Shown piece by piece: positions 48,560 to 62,600 of a DNA stretch of 64,000 bases. A program made the position numbers and the translations under genes. The DNA is from Phaeosaccion multiseriatum. Taxonomy: Eukaryota > Protista > Ochrophyta, other classes. The notes under the pieces are model-generated. The model saw nothing but the letters and a program-made list of their open reading frames with translations. It did no database searches and was not told the origin of the DNA. How positions within the stretch are numbered: the stretch's first letter is position 1; every line of letters starts with the position of its first letter. Location: positions 4,836,001-4,900,000 of the forward strand of contig OZ218953.1 of assembly GCA_965112735.1 (NCBI GenBank), written 5' to 3'.

Positions 48560-48598
48560 CAAGGCCCATTCAATTATTACGACTAATTACATCACGCT

Positions 48599-50794
48599 TC
48601 ATTCAGTGGTGGACGAGGAGAGCGCTCCAAATTCACACTCTGCCAAGACTGGATACTTTTTTCTTAAGCGCGGTCCTTCTCTCTCCCAAAACTCATGCAC
48701 ATCCACGCAAGCACTGGCAAGCTTGTGGCCAGACGGTGCAGTCAATTCCAATTCAATCGGAGCAACCTGCTCTTCAACATCATGGCCAAGCGCCGCTACT
48801 GTGGGGTGTGTCATGGTAGACAGCTGCCCGACCACCTCGAGCAAAGGGACCGACTTGATGGAGGCCACAACAACGTTCTTCCTCTTCTGGTATCGGATGG
48901 GGAAGCGCAGTAGCGTGCCTCCCAGCGTCCACACGGCGGGCGCACGGTCCAGGGCATGCCGCTCAGCCTCAGTCAACACAGTGGCAGCAATGGCAGGAGA
49001 AGGGTCCTCCTTGAAAGTAGCAATTCCACCTTCTCCCACCTCCAACGCCCCTCCCAACCAGAGAGGCATTGTCTTGGTCAGTGCCTGGTCCTCCAGCCTC
49101 TTCATCGGAGTTGTTTCCTGGGTGCTACTCGTTGAGCACCCGCCCCACACATACTCAGCCCTTCTTCTGAGCTGTGTGAGGCCGCTCTCTGCCTTCCACA
49201 CTTGGCTGGGCCCTCCAGCCTCTTCCACAGCCTGCATTAAATGGGCGAGTGTCACACCGTCTCCCGCCTGCCTTGCCTCTACTCTGACCGGACACTTGGT
49301 GGTGGTGAAAAGTGCTGTTGCTGTTGCGGTGCTTGCTACTTCCCCAGGCACTGCATTGCACTTCATCGTCTCCACAGTGCCTGCCAAGTCCACATCCTGC
49401 GCACTCAAGACCACACTCCCCCCACATGCAGTCGTCCTTCGCAAACAACGCACTTCCTTCCGTTTGGCGTCCCAGACACACTTTACGCTTCCCTGCTGTA
49501 GATGGAGAGCGTCCTCCGCGAACACTGAAGCCGCGCAGACCTCCCCCTCCCTCTTCGAGCCTTGCCGCTCCTCCTCAAGCCTCTGCAGGAAGGCATCCAC
49601 GTCAAGGGCGGCCGCGGACCGAATTCTCGCAGTCCCCCTGCCACCATCCGAAGAGCCAAGGTCTGCCACCACAAGGGTGTCGACTTGCTTGTCGTAGAGA
49701 GAAAGAGGGAGATATCCCGCCTGTCGCTCCCACTGCTGCGCTTCTCTGCCCTGTCCCTGCTGGGGCCGTAGTGGCCCCTTTGACTGCACTGCAGAAGAAG
49801 GCTGTAGTTTCCCCTGCAAAGCGTCGGTACCGACCACGAAGGTGTCCGATTGTCTCTTCCGCCTTGCCAATCGGTCGGGATACGCGAGCCAGAGTATCAT
49901 GCCTGCGCTCCAGGGACCACAAAAGCCGTCAAGAGAGCCACTTCGCCTCCCATCCGTGTCCTCATGTGCGCGGGGACGGCACGCGGCGCCCTTCAGCTTA
50001 GCTGCAACCGCGCCTACCCAGTTCAAGGTCGACCGATCGAGGTCCGTTCGGTGGATGCCCAAATCTGCGAGCAGTGCCTCAGCCGAATTCGCAGCTTCCA
50101 GGACGACTCGAGCACTGGTGGCCAGGTCTGCCCACTCCCCCTTGAATACCCTCCCGTCCTCGGATAGAAGGGCCGCGAGAGTGCAGGCCACATCGACAGG
50201 CGATACGTGCTCAGGAAAGCCCTCCACCACAGCGCTACCCCCACTCGTCGTTCGGGCAATCATCGCGGCAAGGCGTGGGTGAGCAGGGATGGCCACCATC
50301 TGCTCTCCCAGGGCAGAAAGACGAAAACCATGCTCCCCTGATGTGGCCACGAGCCCATTCTCCAGGTCTACCTTCTTCTTTGATGGGTTCTCCTCTCCCT
50401 CTTCCACTGCCGTCACTGCCCCCAACATGCGTAGAAGGGACAAAGCCTTGTCAAGGCTGTCCAAGGGCGGTGCCGTGATCCAAGGCAACTCAAGAATGGA
50501 AGAGATGGATGTGTGGCCCAAGGCCAGCAGCGCCAACACCACGCTCGACAGATCAGCGTCGAGTATCTCTGGCGGGGCCTGTTCTGGCAAAGCAGAGTGG
50601 TCAGACTGTTTCCACACCCGCCAACACATGCCCGGCGCCAACCTTCCAGCACGGCCTGTCATGGCCGTACAGGGGAAACAGCGGAGGACAACAGAGGTAA
50701 GTCAATCTTTGCTTGCAGCTTGCTTCTCGCAGCTTCTTGCGCATCGCTTCATCAGTCTTGCGAAACCCCGGATCCAGGGGACTGCAGTAGCAGT

Positions 50795-50828
<34 letters not shown>

Positions 50829-52845
50829 CACTCAACGAGAGCGCCCGTCAACCCTCCTCCCCACCCCGAGCGTGTTGTGCTTTGACTTCCTCACCGCTTC
50901 GCTGCTCGGCTCGGGCCTTTGAGACTGGCTCCACGCGAAGTCTTTGTATGCCTAACTCATCGAAGCGTGGCACGCGACAGAGGCCAGAGTCGACCACGGC
51001 CACCACACGCGCCACGGTGAGGCTGCTCTCCGCAACAGGACTGCTCAAGATCACCCGTCGGGGGGTATCGAGGGGCTGGTGGACTACTCGACTCTGTTCC
51101 GCCTGGCTCATCGAGCCTTAGTTTGATAGCAAAAAGGAACACGCAGATGGTTAGGAGGGAGTCACGTGAGGGAATGCAAATCACTCAGTTTTTAAATCGC
51201 CCACTCCTCCACATTCACACACTCACTCACTCGCCCACAAGCTCGCTCCCTCACCCACTCACTCACTCCCTCCTCCCTCCCTCCCTCCCTCCCTCATTCA
51301 CTCACTCACTCACCGTGGAGAGTCACAATTGAAACCTTGGCATTTGCACCTTTCCTTCCCATTCCCCTTTTCTCCAGTGCTCGCTGTACTCGCCGGATCT
51401 CCTTCATGCCAGGGAGGAAGACCAGCACATCTCCATTAGTTATCTTGCCCTTGGTCTTGGATTGTTGCTCCGTTGGCGAAGTCGAGCGAGCGAACGATAA
51501 GGAGGAAGAGCCAGAGGAAGTGGGTGCGCGGGAGGAGGTCGCGAGGAGCACCTTCTCAATACCCTGCACCATGGCAGCGTCCAGTTGTTTAGGTACTCGA
51601 AGAAGGCCGAAGGGGACGTCGCCTTGGCGAACTGACACAGGAAAAGAGCGGCCCGTGGCTGAGATGAGCGTGGCGTCGAGCACACTCAATAGCTGAGAAG
51701 CCAAGTTGCCTCCGAGAGTGGCGGACATGACCACTGGAAAGAAACAAGCGACAAGAAAAAAAGACGAGGAAAGCATTGGGGAGCGCCAGCTTCAGTAGCC
51801 GAACAATGGAAGGAGTGATCTATAGCAAAGCCGAGGACGCCAAGGCATCAATCAGCGGTGCAGGCGTTTATCAACTCGCGCGAGCTCTTACGTATTCTCA
51901 GATCGGGTCTGGTCGTGAGTTGCAGTTGCCGAGCGAGGGCCAAGGCCGTTTCACTTTGGAGACTTCTTTCGTGATACTCGTCGAACACCACTGCAGACAC
52001 CCCTGCCAGTCCACCGCCAGAGGCGATTCGCTGGAGCAGCACTCCCTCGGTGACGACCTCTATCTTTGTGGCTCTGCTCATCTGCGCAGCAGAGGCGACA
52101 ATGAGGAGAAGAACAGCGAAGAGGAACCTTAGCGGGTTGGGGGACGACTCTCTTGGGCGCAACAAGTACAAAGCAAAAATATCTGCCGCCCCTCCCTCCC
52201 CCCCCCCTAAATAGATCAAAGACAAGCCGATGGCTCCGTACCTTTCGCTCGAGTCTGATGGTAAACCCAACCGTGCCTCCTATTTCCTCCTGCAGCAGCG
52301 ACGCCATCCTTTCGGCGGCCATCCTCGCAGCCACTCTGCGAGGCTCCAGCACGACGACACGGCCTCTGCCAGAAAGCCATTCCGCATCCAAAAGCGCCAA
52401 AGGAACGAGAGATGTCTTTCCTGCACGACCAAGACGTAGAGCGGAGAGGTTATCCACCAAGGAATAGGCCCTCCGCAGGTGCCCTTATTTCTACCTCTGC
52501 TTTCTCTTCGCTCGTCCCCTTCTTCTTCGCTCTTCCTCTCAAAATCAAGCCGTCTGCCTTCTCACCTGCTCCCGGCTCCGCCTGTATAACTACATTAGAT
52601 CCTGCTTGGAGGCTCTCCAGCACATCAGCCACAACACTCGCTATGGGGTACTCCTCAGCACGTCCTCCCGATCGCACCGCGTGAAGCCGCGAAGCGCCAC
52701 CAACCTCAAAAGAAAGGCTGTGCAGCTGCTGCTGCCTCCCACAGAGCGAGTTTGACCAGCGCCCAGCTCGGCCAAAGATTCCACCTCCAAAACCTTCGGC
52801 ATGGTGAAGCAGCACGATGACAAGCGCGATGAGGCGTCGTATCAT
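48599..52845 (-). CDS. hrpB: HrpB-type DEAH-box ATP-dependent RNA helicase, probably plastid-targeted, multi-exon
   Basis: AEPGAG|KT (motif I), [40 protein letters not shown]|GRAGR, HPRLAAM, AYPDRLA and a HrpB_C-like tail (LTAP...FW...KKYP). N-terminal signal peptide ending AEG-F. Confidence 0.88.
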
Positions 52846-52965
52846 TTCATTTCATATCATTTCATTTCATTTGCCCCCCCCAATGATCCCCCAAAGAAAT
52901 CTACAAAAAACACAGATGGCAGTGGATGGGAAAAAATCCCTCGCCACCTCCTCTTCTCTCTCGCA

Positions 52966-55166
<2,201 letters not shown>

Positions 55167-55667
55167 TTCTCGGGATGCAAACTGAGGGTCAACAAGGACA
55201 TGGCACAGGACTCACAGGAGAGGGTAAACTCCAGGAGCGGAGGCTGCTACTCTTGCCAACAAGCGCTCAAGATGGGAACACACACCTTTCCTTCCGCCAC
55301 TGGAGTTTGCGCCCGATTGTGCTATATAAAAGGAACGAGATGATTTATTCCTTCCATTAATATTCTACCGTCCTGCCTCTCTCTTCCAGAGCGGCGCCGT
55401 TCCCCCAAAGAGGTTCAGTGAGAAAAGCTCGGCTTGGCTCGAGAATAAATACACAAGGCAACACAAGGGAGCACCCGCGCTCCCCACGGAATGAATTCTT
55501 CGCTTGCAGAGTCTAGCGTCACGCGTCACAATCGTGTTTCCTGCCTGTCTGACTCTGCACTGCAGATTGTAGTGAAGAGAACAAGAGGAGCGAAGAAAGA
55601 TAGGGGAGGCAATCGCCCTCCTTCAAATCATCTGGGAGCAGCCCTCCCTCCCTCCCTCTCTCCCTCC

Positions 55668-55892
55668 TGTCGACCCCTGACGTGCTAAATCGCCGGCGCG
55701 CAAAGCGCCAGCCGGCGTGCTATCTGCTACCGTCAGCCGGCCTTGACCTGCTAATGAACGGCCGGTCGATCATCTCCCACCCCCCCCCTCCCCTCCCCTC
55801 ACCGGCGCCAGCGCTAGGGCGTGCTATCTGCTGTCGCTGGCGGCCGAAAGCATGCTATCGAGAATGCGTCGATAGCACGTCAGGGGTCGACA
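55668..55892. mobile_element. 225-bp MITE with a 20-bp perfect TIR
   Basis: TGTCGACCCCTGACGTGCTA / TAGCACGTCAGGGGTCGACA, flanked on both sides by TCCCTCC within a (TCCC)n tract. Confidence 0.85.
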
Positions 55893-55981
55893 TCCCTCCC
55901 TGCCCTCCCTCCCTCCCCCCCCCCCTCCCTTCCTCCGACCCCCCGCCCTCCCTCCCTCCCTCCCTCCCTCCCTCCCTCCCT

Positions 55982-56363
55982 TCGACCCCTGACACGCTAT
56001 CCGCTAACGCTATCGCCGGCGCCAGCCGGCACGCTATCCGCTATCTCCGGCGCGCTATCCGCTATCGCCGGCGCAGCCGGCTCGCTATCCGCTATCGCCG
56101 GCGCGCAGCCGGCTCGCTATCCGCTATCGCCGGCGCCAGCCGGCGCGCTATCCGCTATCGCCAGCGTCAGCTGCTACCGCCCCCGGGGGGGGGGGGGGGT
56201 AGGGGGGGAGAGCTGACGCCAGCCGGCGCGCTATCCGCTATCGGCCGGCGCCAGCCGGCACGCTATCCGCTATCGGCCGGCGCCAGCCGGCACGCTATCC
56301 GCTATTGGCCGGCGGCCGATAGCGCGCTATCGAGAATGTGAGCGATAGCGTGTCAGGGGTGGA
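55982..56363. mobile_element. 382-bp MITE of the same family with an internal array of about 31 bp
   Basis: TCGACCCCTGACACGCTATC / GATAGCGTGTCAGGGGTGGA (1 mismatch), CTCCCT on both flanks, repeated GCTATCCGCTATCGCCGGCG units. Confidence 0.85.
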
Positions 56364-56709
56364 CTCCCTCCCTCACTCATCGACCCCTGACGTGCTATTA
56401 TGCTATCTGCGATAGCATGCTATTGGGCGCCCCGGCGCCCAATAGCATGCTATTTGCACTCGGCGAATAGCAGATAGCACGCCGGCTGGCGCCGGCGAAT
56501 AGCAGATAGCACGCCCCGTCGCGCCGGCGATAGCAGACGCCCTGCGACAGCCTTTCCACTCCTAGCTGCCTGCCTAATCAGCATACGTCGAGCGCAGAGA
56601 GTATGCGAGCCTTCAGTCTTATATTACCAATACAATGGTGGCTGGGCGAACCTTGGCGTTCCCCTCTCCCCCCATCTCCCTCTCTCGCGAGGCAGCCATC
56701 TCTCCTTCA

Positions 56710-59508
56710 CTAACCCAGGACGCACTTATGCAAGGCCGAGTTGTAAACGTCGGGCAAGGAACCGTTGCGCATCCCGGAGCTCAGGTACGCCCGAAAGAGG
56801 CGAGTTCTCTCTGCCTCATACTCTTCGCAGGTCAGACACGGCAGCCCACACGCGGCCAAGAAGCGGTCCACGGTCTCCTTCTTTGCCCCCGCCGCACTAG
56901 ACAAAATCGCTACACCGTCGTCCCTTTCCCAGCTGTTGTCTTGCTCAACACCATAGAGCACTTTGCGCACGGGGCTGGTGTCTGCCACAGCCAATTTCGA
57001 CATGAATAGAGCTGTTGCCGGACCGCAAGAATTCGAGCCGGCCTTCTGCTGTGGCACACCAACAAAGACCTGCCGGAATCGGAGGGCTGCCGTCCCAGGG
57101 GCTCTTTCGTCCTCCATGACCTTCTCCACATACACCTGCGTCGCTTGGAGCACTCGCTTCGAAGGGTGGTGACCGAGGCGCCCATTTCGGACCGTATCAA
57201 AGTGCAGAATGTACGCCATAGCACCCTCCCCGTCGTCACTAGCTGCAGAGGTAGGTAGAAGGACAGCGACAGTCGAGAAATGGCCGCTGAAACTCGCAGG
57301 GAGGACGAGGAGCTCACACTTCGTCATTGTAAGACCAGACTCCCTGTAACCTTTCGGCAGGAACCCTTTCGGAGCCGTCGCCAACACGTTGGGCATGGGG
57401 GAGTTCTCCACAGCTGGGTTGAAAATGTGACCAAGAGACGCGCACGGGAGTAGTGCCCTGTTTCCGTTCACGGATACAGTGGTCATCATCGCGTCCAAAA
57501 AGAAGGAGGTGTACTCCCCCTTTTCCTTGTGCATGTCCTGCTCAGCGCCGAGGACAAGCAGCCTCGCCTTCATGTCCCCTGTCAGCTGCTCAGCTTCGGC
57601 CACTGATTGTGCCGCAGGCATGGCCCTGCTTTTCTTCTGGTGGGAAGAAGGGCTGCTGCCCCCCTCCTGCTCCTCCTCCTCCTCCTCCTCCTGCTCCTCC
57701 TCCTCCCCCCCCTCCTGCTCCTCCTCCTCCTCCTCCTCCTCCTCCTCATCATCATCATCATCATCACCACCACCATCATCCTCCTCCTCCTCCTCCTCCT
57801 CCTGCTCCTCCTCCTCCTGCTTCCCCAACGCCGTCTTCAGTAGGAAGTGAGAGAGTGCAGCTTGCATGCTTTTCTGACCGCTCGATGAGTGGGAGTCTCT
57901 GTGGCGCTTAACGCCAGACAAATGAGTCCACTGAGGCTTGTACTTGCCCTTCCCGGCGCTCTGACAAGCAGGCCTGGTGCACACAACAGATACCAGCATA
58001 TCCAATGATGTTCTGGCGTGTCTGATGGAGAAGTTCGCTTTGGCCTCAAGCTGAATCAAAGCTGGCGTATGGATCTTCACGAAGCTTGCTGCATCACCGA
58101 CCTTGCTTCCGCTGAGAGTTTGCATCTCCACATCAGGCATTTCCCGCAAAAGATAAAAGAACTTGGTTCCTTGCGCGTGGAGCCAGCTCTTCGCCTTCTT
58201 CGTCAGTGCCCCCTCTTGCCCCGCCTTCCCGCCTTTCGTCCCGCCGGCACTCTCTCCCTCACTATCACTGGTGGTCTCACTGACACGGGCAGCACCACCT
58301 CGATGACCTGCCTTCTTGGGTGGGGTATGGGTCGAAAAATCTGTGGCGCTGTCCAGAGATTGGGTAGGGAAAGACAGGCAAATTTGCACGTTCTCCTGCT
58401 GTCTCGCCCCTGATTTCGGGCGTAAGCTCGCAGTACAGATCCAGTCTCCACCGTTTGTCGGGATCGATACGGCCCGGAGGGAAAGTGTAGAACGAGCGCA
58501 CCTGTATTGGGTGTGTGTTGGAGAAAGAGACAGAGAGGGGCGGGGGGGGGGGCGGGTTTAAGAAAGGGTTGCTGCCGTAGCAGACAATGCACAAACATCG
58601 AGAGGCAGTTGTACCCGACACGTACCACGCGGCGCAGGGAGACGTCGTCGCGGATTGTATCCAACCCTCTGCCACGTCTGAATGCCGTGGAGGCTCTGAT
58701 CGTGATGTCGTTCTTCTTTTGTTCCGTCTGAAAGAGCAATTCGCTGGTCAAATGTCCACGGAAGGCCTTGAAGCTGGAGAATCGCTTGTCTTCATTAGCC
58801 AGCTGGAACGTGTAGGGCAAGGTCTCGAAGAGCTCGGTCGTGTTGCAGGACACCGATGTGCCGAGACTGAAATCAGCCTCGACGGGGTTGAGGCATCCTC
58901 TTGGAAATGTCCCCACATGCGCGAACATGAGAGGGGTAGGTTTTGCCTGTCCCATCCCTGCACTCAGGGGCAAGGCATAATCGAAGTCTTGTGCCTCAGA
59001 AGACGATGCCAAGGTTGCCGTACTCTGGAGATAGGTGTCCTCAAGCCGCCCCCCCTCCTCCCACCCCAGCTCGTGAGAAGCGTGTTGTGAATGGCTGCTT
59101 CGGCGTACTCCCCTGTCGCTGGGACTTTGGTTCCGACGCATTTTCCTCGCGCCTGCTGGGAATCCTCTTTCGCTGGGACTGCGGCCCCGTCTCCCTTTGC
59201 TTCGACCCTTTTCTCCTTCCCTCCTCCCTCCTCCTCCTCCGGATCTGGGTCGGCTCCGACTCCTGCTGGTACTTCTCCCTGCCCTCCTCCTCTCGGTGTC
59301 CTTCCCCCTACTCTGACTCCTGCTGGCATTTCTCCCTCGCTTCCTCCTCTCACTGTGCTTCTCCCTGCTCCAACTCCTGCTGGCACTCCTCCCTCTCCTC
59401 GCCCTCTCAGGGGCCTTCTCCCGGCTCCGACTCCTGCTGCCAACTGGACTTGGCGTGCCTCTCCTGCTGTTGTAGTAGTCGCCACCCCCCCCCAACTCCT
59501 CCCTCCAT
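56710..59508 (-). CDS. Ulp1/C48 SUMO-protease-domain protein with RS-rich N-terminus, zinc finger and acidic tract (exons about 59508-58626, 58501-58390, 58307-56710)
   Basis: Catalytic H (SGHFS), D (HFDT) and Q...C (VPQQKAGSNSCG); CTRPAC...KRHRDSH finger. Splice phases are consistent. The start is uncertain: ATG 59508 is off-frame by one base across a G9 run. Confidence 0.8.
59254..59450. repeat. 57-bp coding minisatellite (about 3.5 copies) encoding 19-aa RS-rich repeats
   Basis: CTC.(G/A)ACTCCTGCTG recurs at 59254, 59311, 59368 and 59425. Confidence 0.85.
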
Positions 59509-59617
59509 CGCGGCCAGACATGAAGGACTTTTGAACCAGTGGGGCCCAGCCATGGGCCCAGCCAGCTATAAGCCAATAAAGATTCTGCCGTTTCACATTT
59601 GGCCACAAACAAAGGCG

Positions 59618-62600
59618 ATGGGCGCCGCGGGCTCGTCCGCGACAGAAGAAGACCATGGGCGGGTGGCTGTGACGGAAGACGCGGACAGCGGGCGTGTAGA
59701 GCTTACCCGGGACGTAAACGATGTCGACATTGTTCCCTTTGCGATCCAATTCCATCTTGATCGAGGGCACTTTACTCGGAGTCACTTCATGTATCAAACG
59801 GTGCATCGTTGGGTCATGAACAGCGGCCTTTGGTCCAGGCGTCAGACTGTGGCCGCGAGCAAGCAGCTCAATGGCTACGAGACGCTGCGACAGTTTAATG
59901 AGACCCAGCAGAACGTATTTGGTTCAGCATGCTCCATGCTCTCCTATGGGGCACCCCGCAGAAAGAAGGTTCGTGGCCCCAACGTCTCCAGGGACCAGGC
60001 CATGAAGGACTACTTCCGCAGGGCGAACACAGGCGGCTTTCATCCGAGAGCACTCATTAGGCGCAGGCCTGGCCTAATCAAGAGGTACGGTCTGCAAGTC
60101 GAAGACATTATCAACGTCGTCAATGTCTTCGCCCGCTTCTGTGCCGACCAAGCCTACACTCTTGGCGACAAAGGCAACGAGAAGATTGTGGTTCCCGTGA
60201 CTGTCAAAATGGATGGCTTCGTCATTGCCAAGGGCCATCATACTGATACAACCAGCCAAACCAATTGGGGCAATGCACATCAGTTTGGAAATACAACACT
60301 GGAGCAGGCGAAGGCAATACTGGAAAAGTCTGATGCTCAGGTGCGTGGCGTCCCCTCCTTCCCACTGATCTTTCGGGGCAGAATCACTGTTGATCCATCG
60401 TCAATCTTAATCACGCCTCCTCGCTCGCTCGCTCACGCTGCAGCCCCGCCTTTGCTTCGCCTCCTGTCAACCCTCCCTTATCGCTACTCGTTCTGTTCCA
60501 GCTGCGAGACGAGGACGCACCTAAGCTGGGTTCCGAGATGATGGAAGTTATGATGATGGATCTGAAAGGGGCATACACGGGCTCCATCGGTTTTCAGCTT
60601 CACACCGCAGGGGGTGACTACAAAAGTGTTGCCGCGAGCGTGACCGAAATCATGAAGGCGCTGCGTGTTTGCATCCCTTGTCTCGAGCTTTTCTGGCAGC
60701 GGATTCTGACGGGGGAGAACCCCTCGTGGGTGGAGATGGGCGAGGCGTGTGATTGCCACCAAGCTTGTCCCACCGGAGGGGAGGGTCCTTGCGGTGAAAG
60801 TGAGTGCGTTTGCGCGACTCAGTTCTCCAGCAGAGTCTGCTCGAGGTGCAAGAGGAAAGGGCTCGTGTGCAAGAGTCTCCGACCATTGTGCATCTCAACA
60901 GACTGTAATGGCGCACAGCTTGCCTTCATTCGGAAAATGGCGGCAAGAACCCTCGGAGAGGACGACCCCCTGGGGTGGTATGAGGCACTGCCTGACGGGG
61001 CTCACCTTGTAAAGTGTGTTCGTGCTACGACATTCAATTGGTGGGTCGTCTGCCAGGGCTGGCTAGTCGGACTGCGAACTCTTCGCGCCAGATTCCACGA
61101 TCTGGACCCGGCTCGAAGTGAAGCAGTACAAGCCAATGTTGGCCTTGACGCCATTGAAAACAAGGATCCTTTCTCAGTGGAGAGCGCAATCGCTGTTACG
61201 ACGGCGTCTCTGCAGTTGGCTCTACTCTCAGAGGAGGAGCGGGAGAAGCGCCGTGCTCTCGTGGGGGTGACCGTGTGCCCGGAGCCGTGGGGTTTCTGGC
61301 ATCAGAACATGGCCTCGCAGACTCAGAAGCCGACTGGTATGGGCTACCATCATGGCTCTGGCATGATCTTCAACGCCGATCGTTCAGGCAGGCATCTGCG
61401 CATGCTCAAGGCCCATCATGTGCCTTGTACCACAGAGGTTGTTCTGCGAGACGACTGCTTCCAGAGTCTTGGGTCTCTCGTCGTGGTTGGCGACTACGTG
61501 TACATGTGTGACAGTGGAGCGAATCAGATTTGGGTGGTGCATGTGCTGGCCGCTCTTCCAGGAAACAGGGGACCCCGCGCGGCGGCGGAGGAGGGCGACG
61601 ATGATGATGACGACGACCAGCAACCGGACGGGCATGTAGCAGCGCGTGGTCGGGGGAGACAGACTCAGCAACGGCATTTGAATTTGAAGGCAGTGCCCTT
61701 GGTCCGTCGGATCCAGGAGCGTTGCACTTCTGAGGAGAATGTCCTCGAGGAGAGAGAAGAGGAGGGCATCCGTTGCCCCGTTGCCATTGCGCTTGCCGTG
61801 TCCTCTGAGCGCGCGTTCGACCTCTTTGTCACCCAAGAGGAACCTGGCGGGGGGGGAGCACTACACCGGCTCTCATTTGACGCTGGCAACCCTTTTGCAC
61901 CTGTGAGCGAGAAGCTGTGTGACCTACCCAAGGGACCTGCGGGCCTCACAGCACTCTCGCATGACTGCGTTGCCTGCATCGCCGACAGCTCGCTTTTTGT
62001 CTGGGAGGGCAATGTGGAACGTGCCGGAGGACCAGAGGGTGGCAGTGGCAATGACGGAGATACACTCATGGCTCTGACTGATGACGAGGAAGATGGTACT
62101 GTTGAGAAGCCAAGGCGCGCACACCTCACGTGCGTGAAGTCTCACGTGGGGACTCAGCCTTGTGGACTCACGTTGGCCCCACCCGGTGCATACGATGATG
62201 AAGATGTGATCGTCATCCTCATGCTAGATGAAGGTTTGCATGCGCTTGTCAAGGTTCTCCTTCGTCGTGACAGTGGGGTGCTAAGCTGGAAGGGATCATC
62301 CGTGCTGATGGGCGGACAGGGAAACACAGAACCCGGAGAGAGCACTGCCAGCGGTACGGCATCGAAAGTACCTTTGTTCAGACCTACGTTCGGCTGCTTC
62401 GTGTACAACGCTTTCTTCTTGTCCGACACTGGAAACCAGTGCATTCGAATGATCTCGGACTGCTACGTCTACGCCCAGCACCTCATCCCACTACAACGGA
62501 TGTTGAGTGAGGCGTATCAGCTCCAGGGCGAAGACTTGGATGAGAATGGCAAAGACATGCAAAACAACGCACGCACGATGAAGGAGAGCATTGCCAAGCT

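Noticed and set aside
48606-49697. Long plus-strand ORFs opposite hrpB (similarly opposite hemA and the UVR gene)
   Set aside because: Antisense shadows expected in GC-rich coding DNA.
55670-55890. Reading the MITEs as piggyBac-like CCC...GGG elements with a TCGA target duplication
   Set aside because: The related 46355 element has TCGC/GCGA, which is inverted rather than direct, plus an outer 6-bp duplication, so TCG belongs to the TIR. No piggyBac transposase motifs were seen.
56000-56335. Regular repeats of about 31 bp resembling a CRISPR array
   Set aside because: No unique spacers and no cas genes; eukaryotic context; the repeats are internal to a TIR element.
58943-59617. N-terminal extension of the transposase ORF from TTG 58943
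   Set aside because: Antisense shadow of the RS-repeat exon of the Ulp1 gene; an ATG at about 59552 or 59618 is more plausible.
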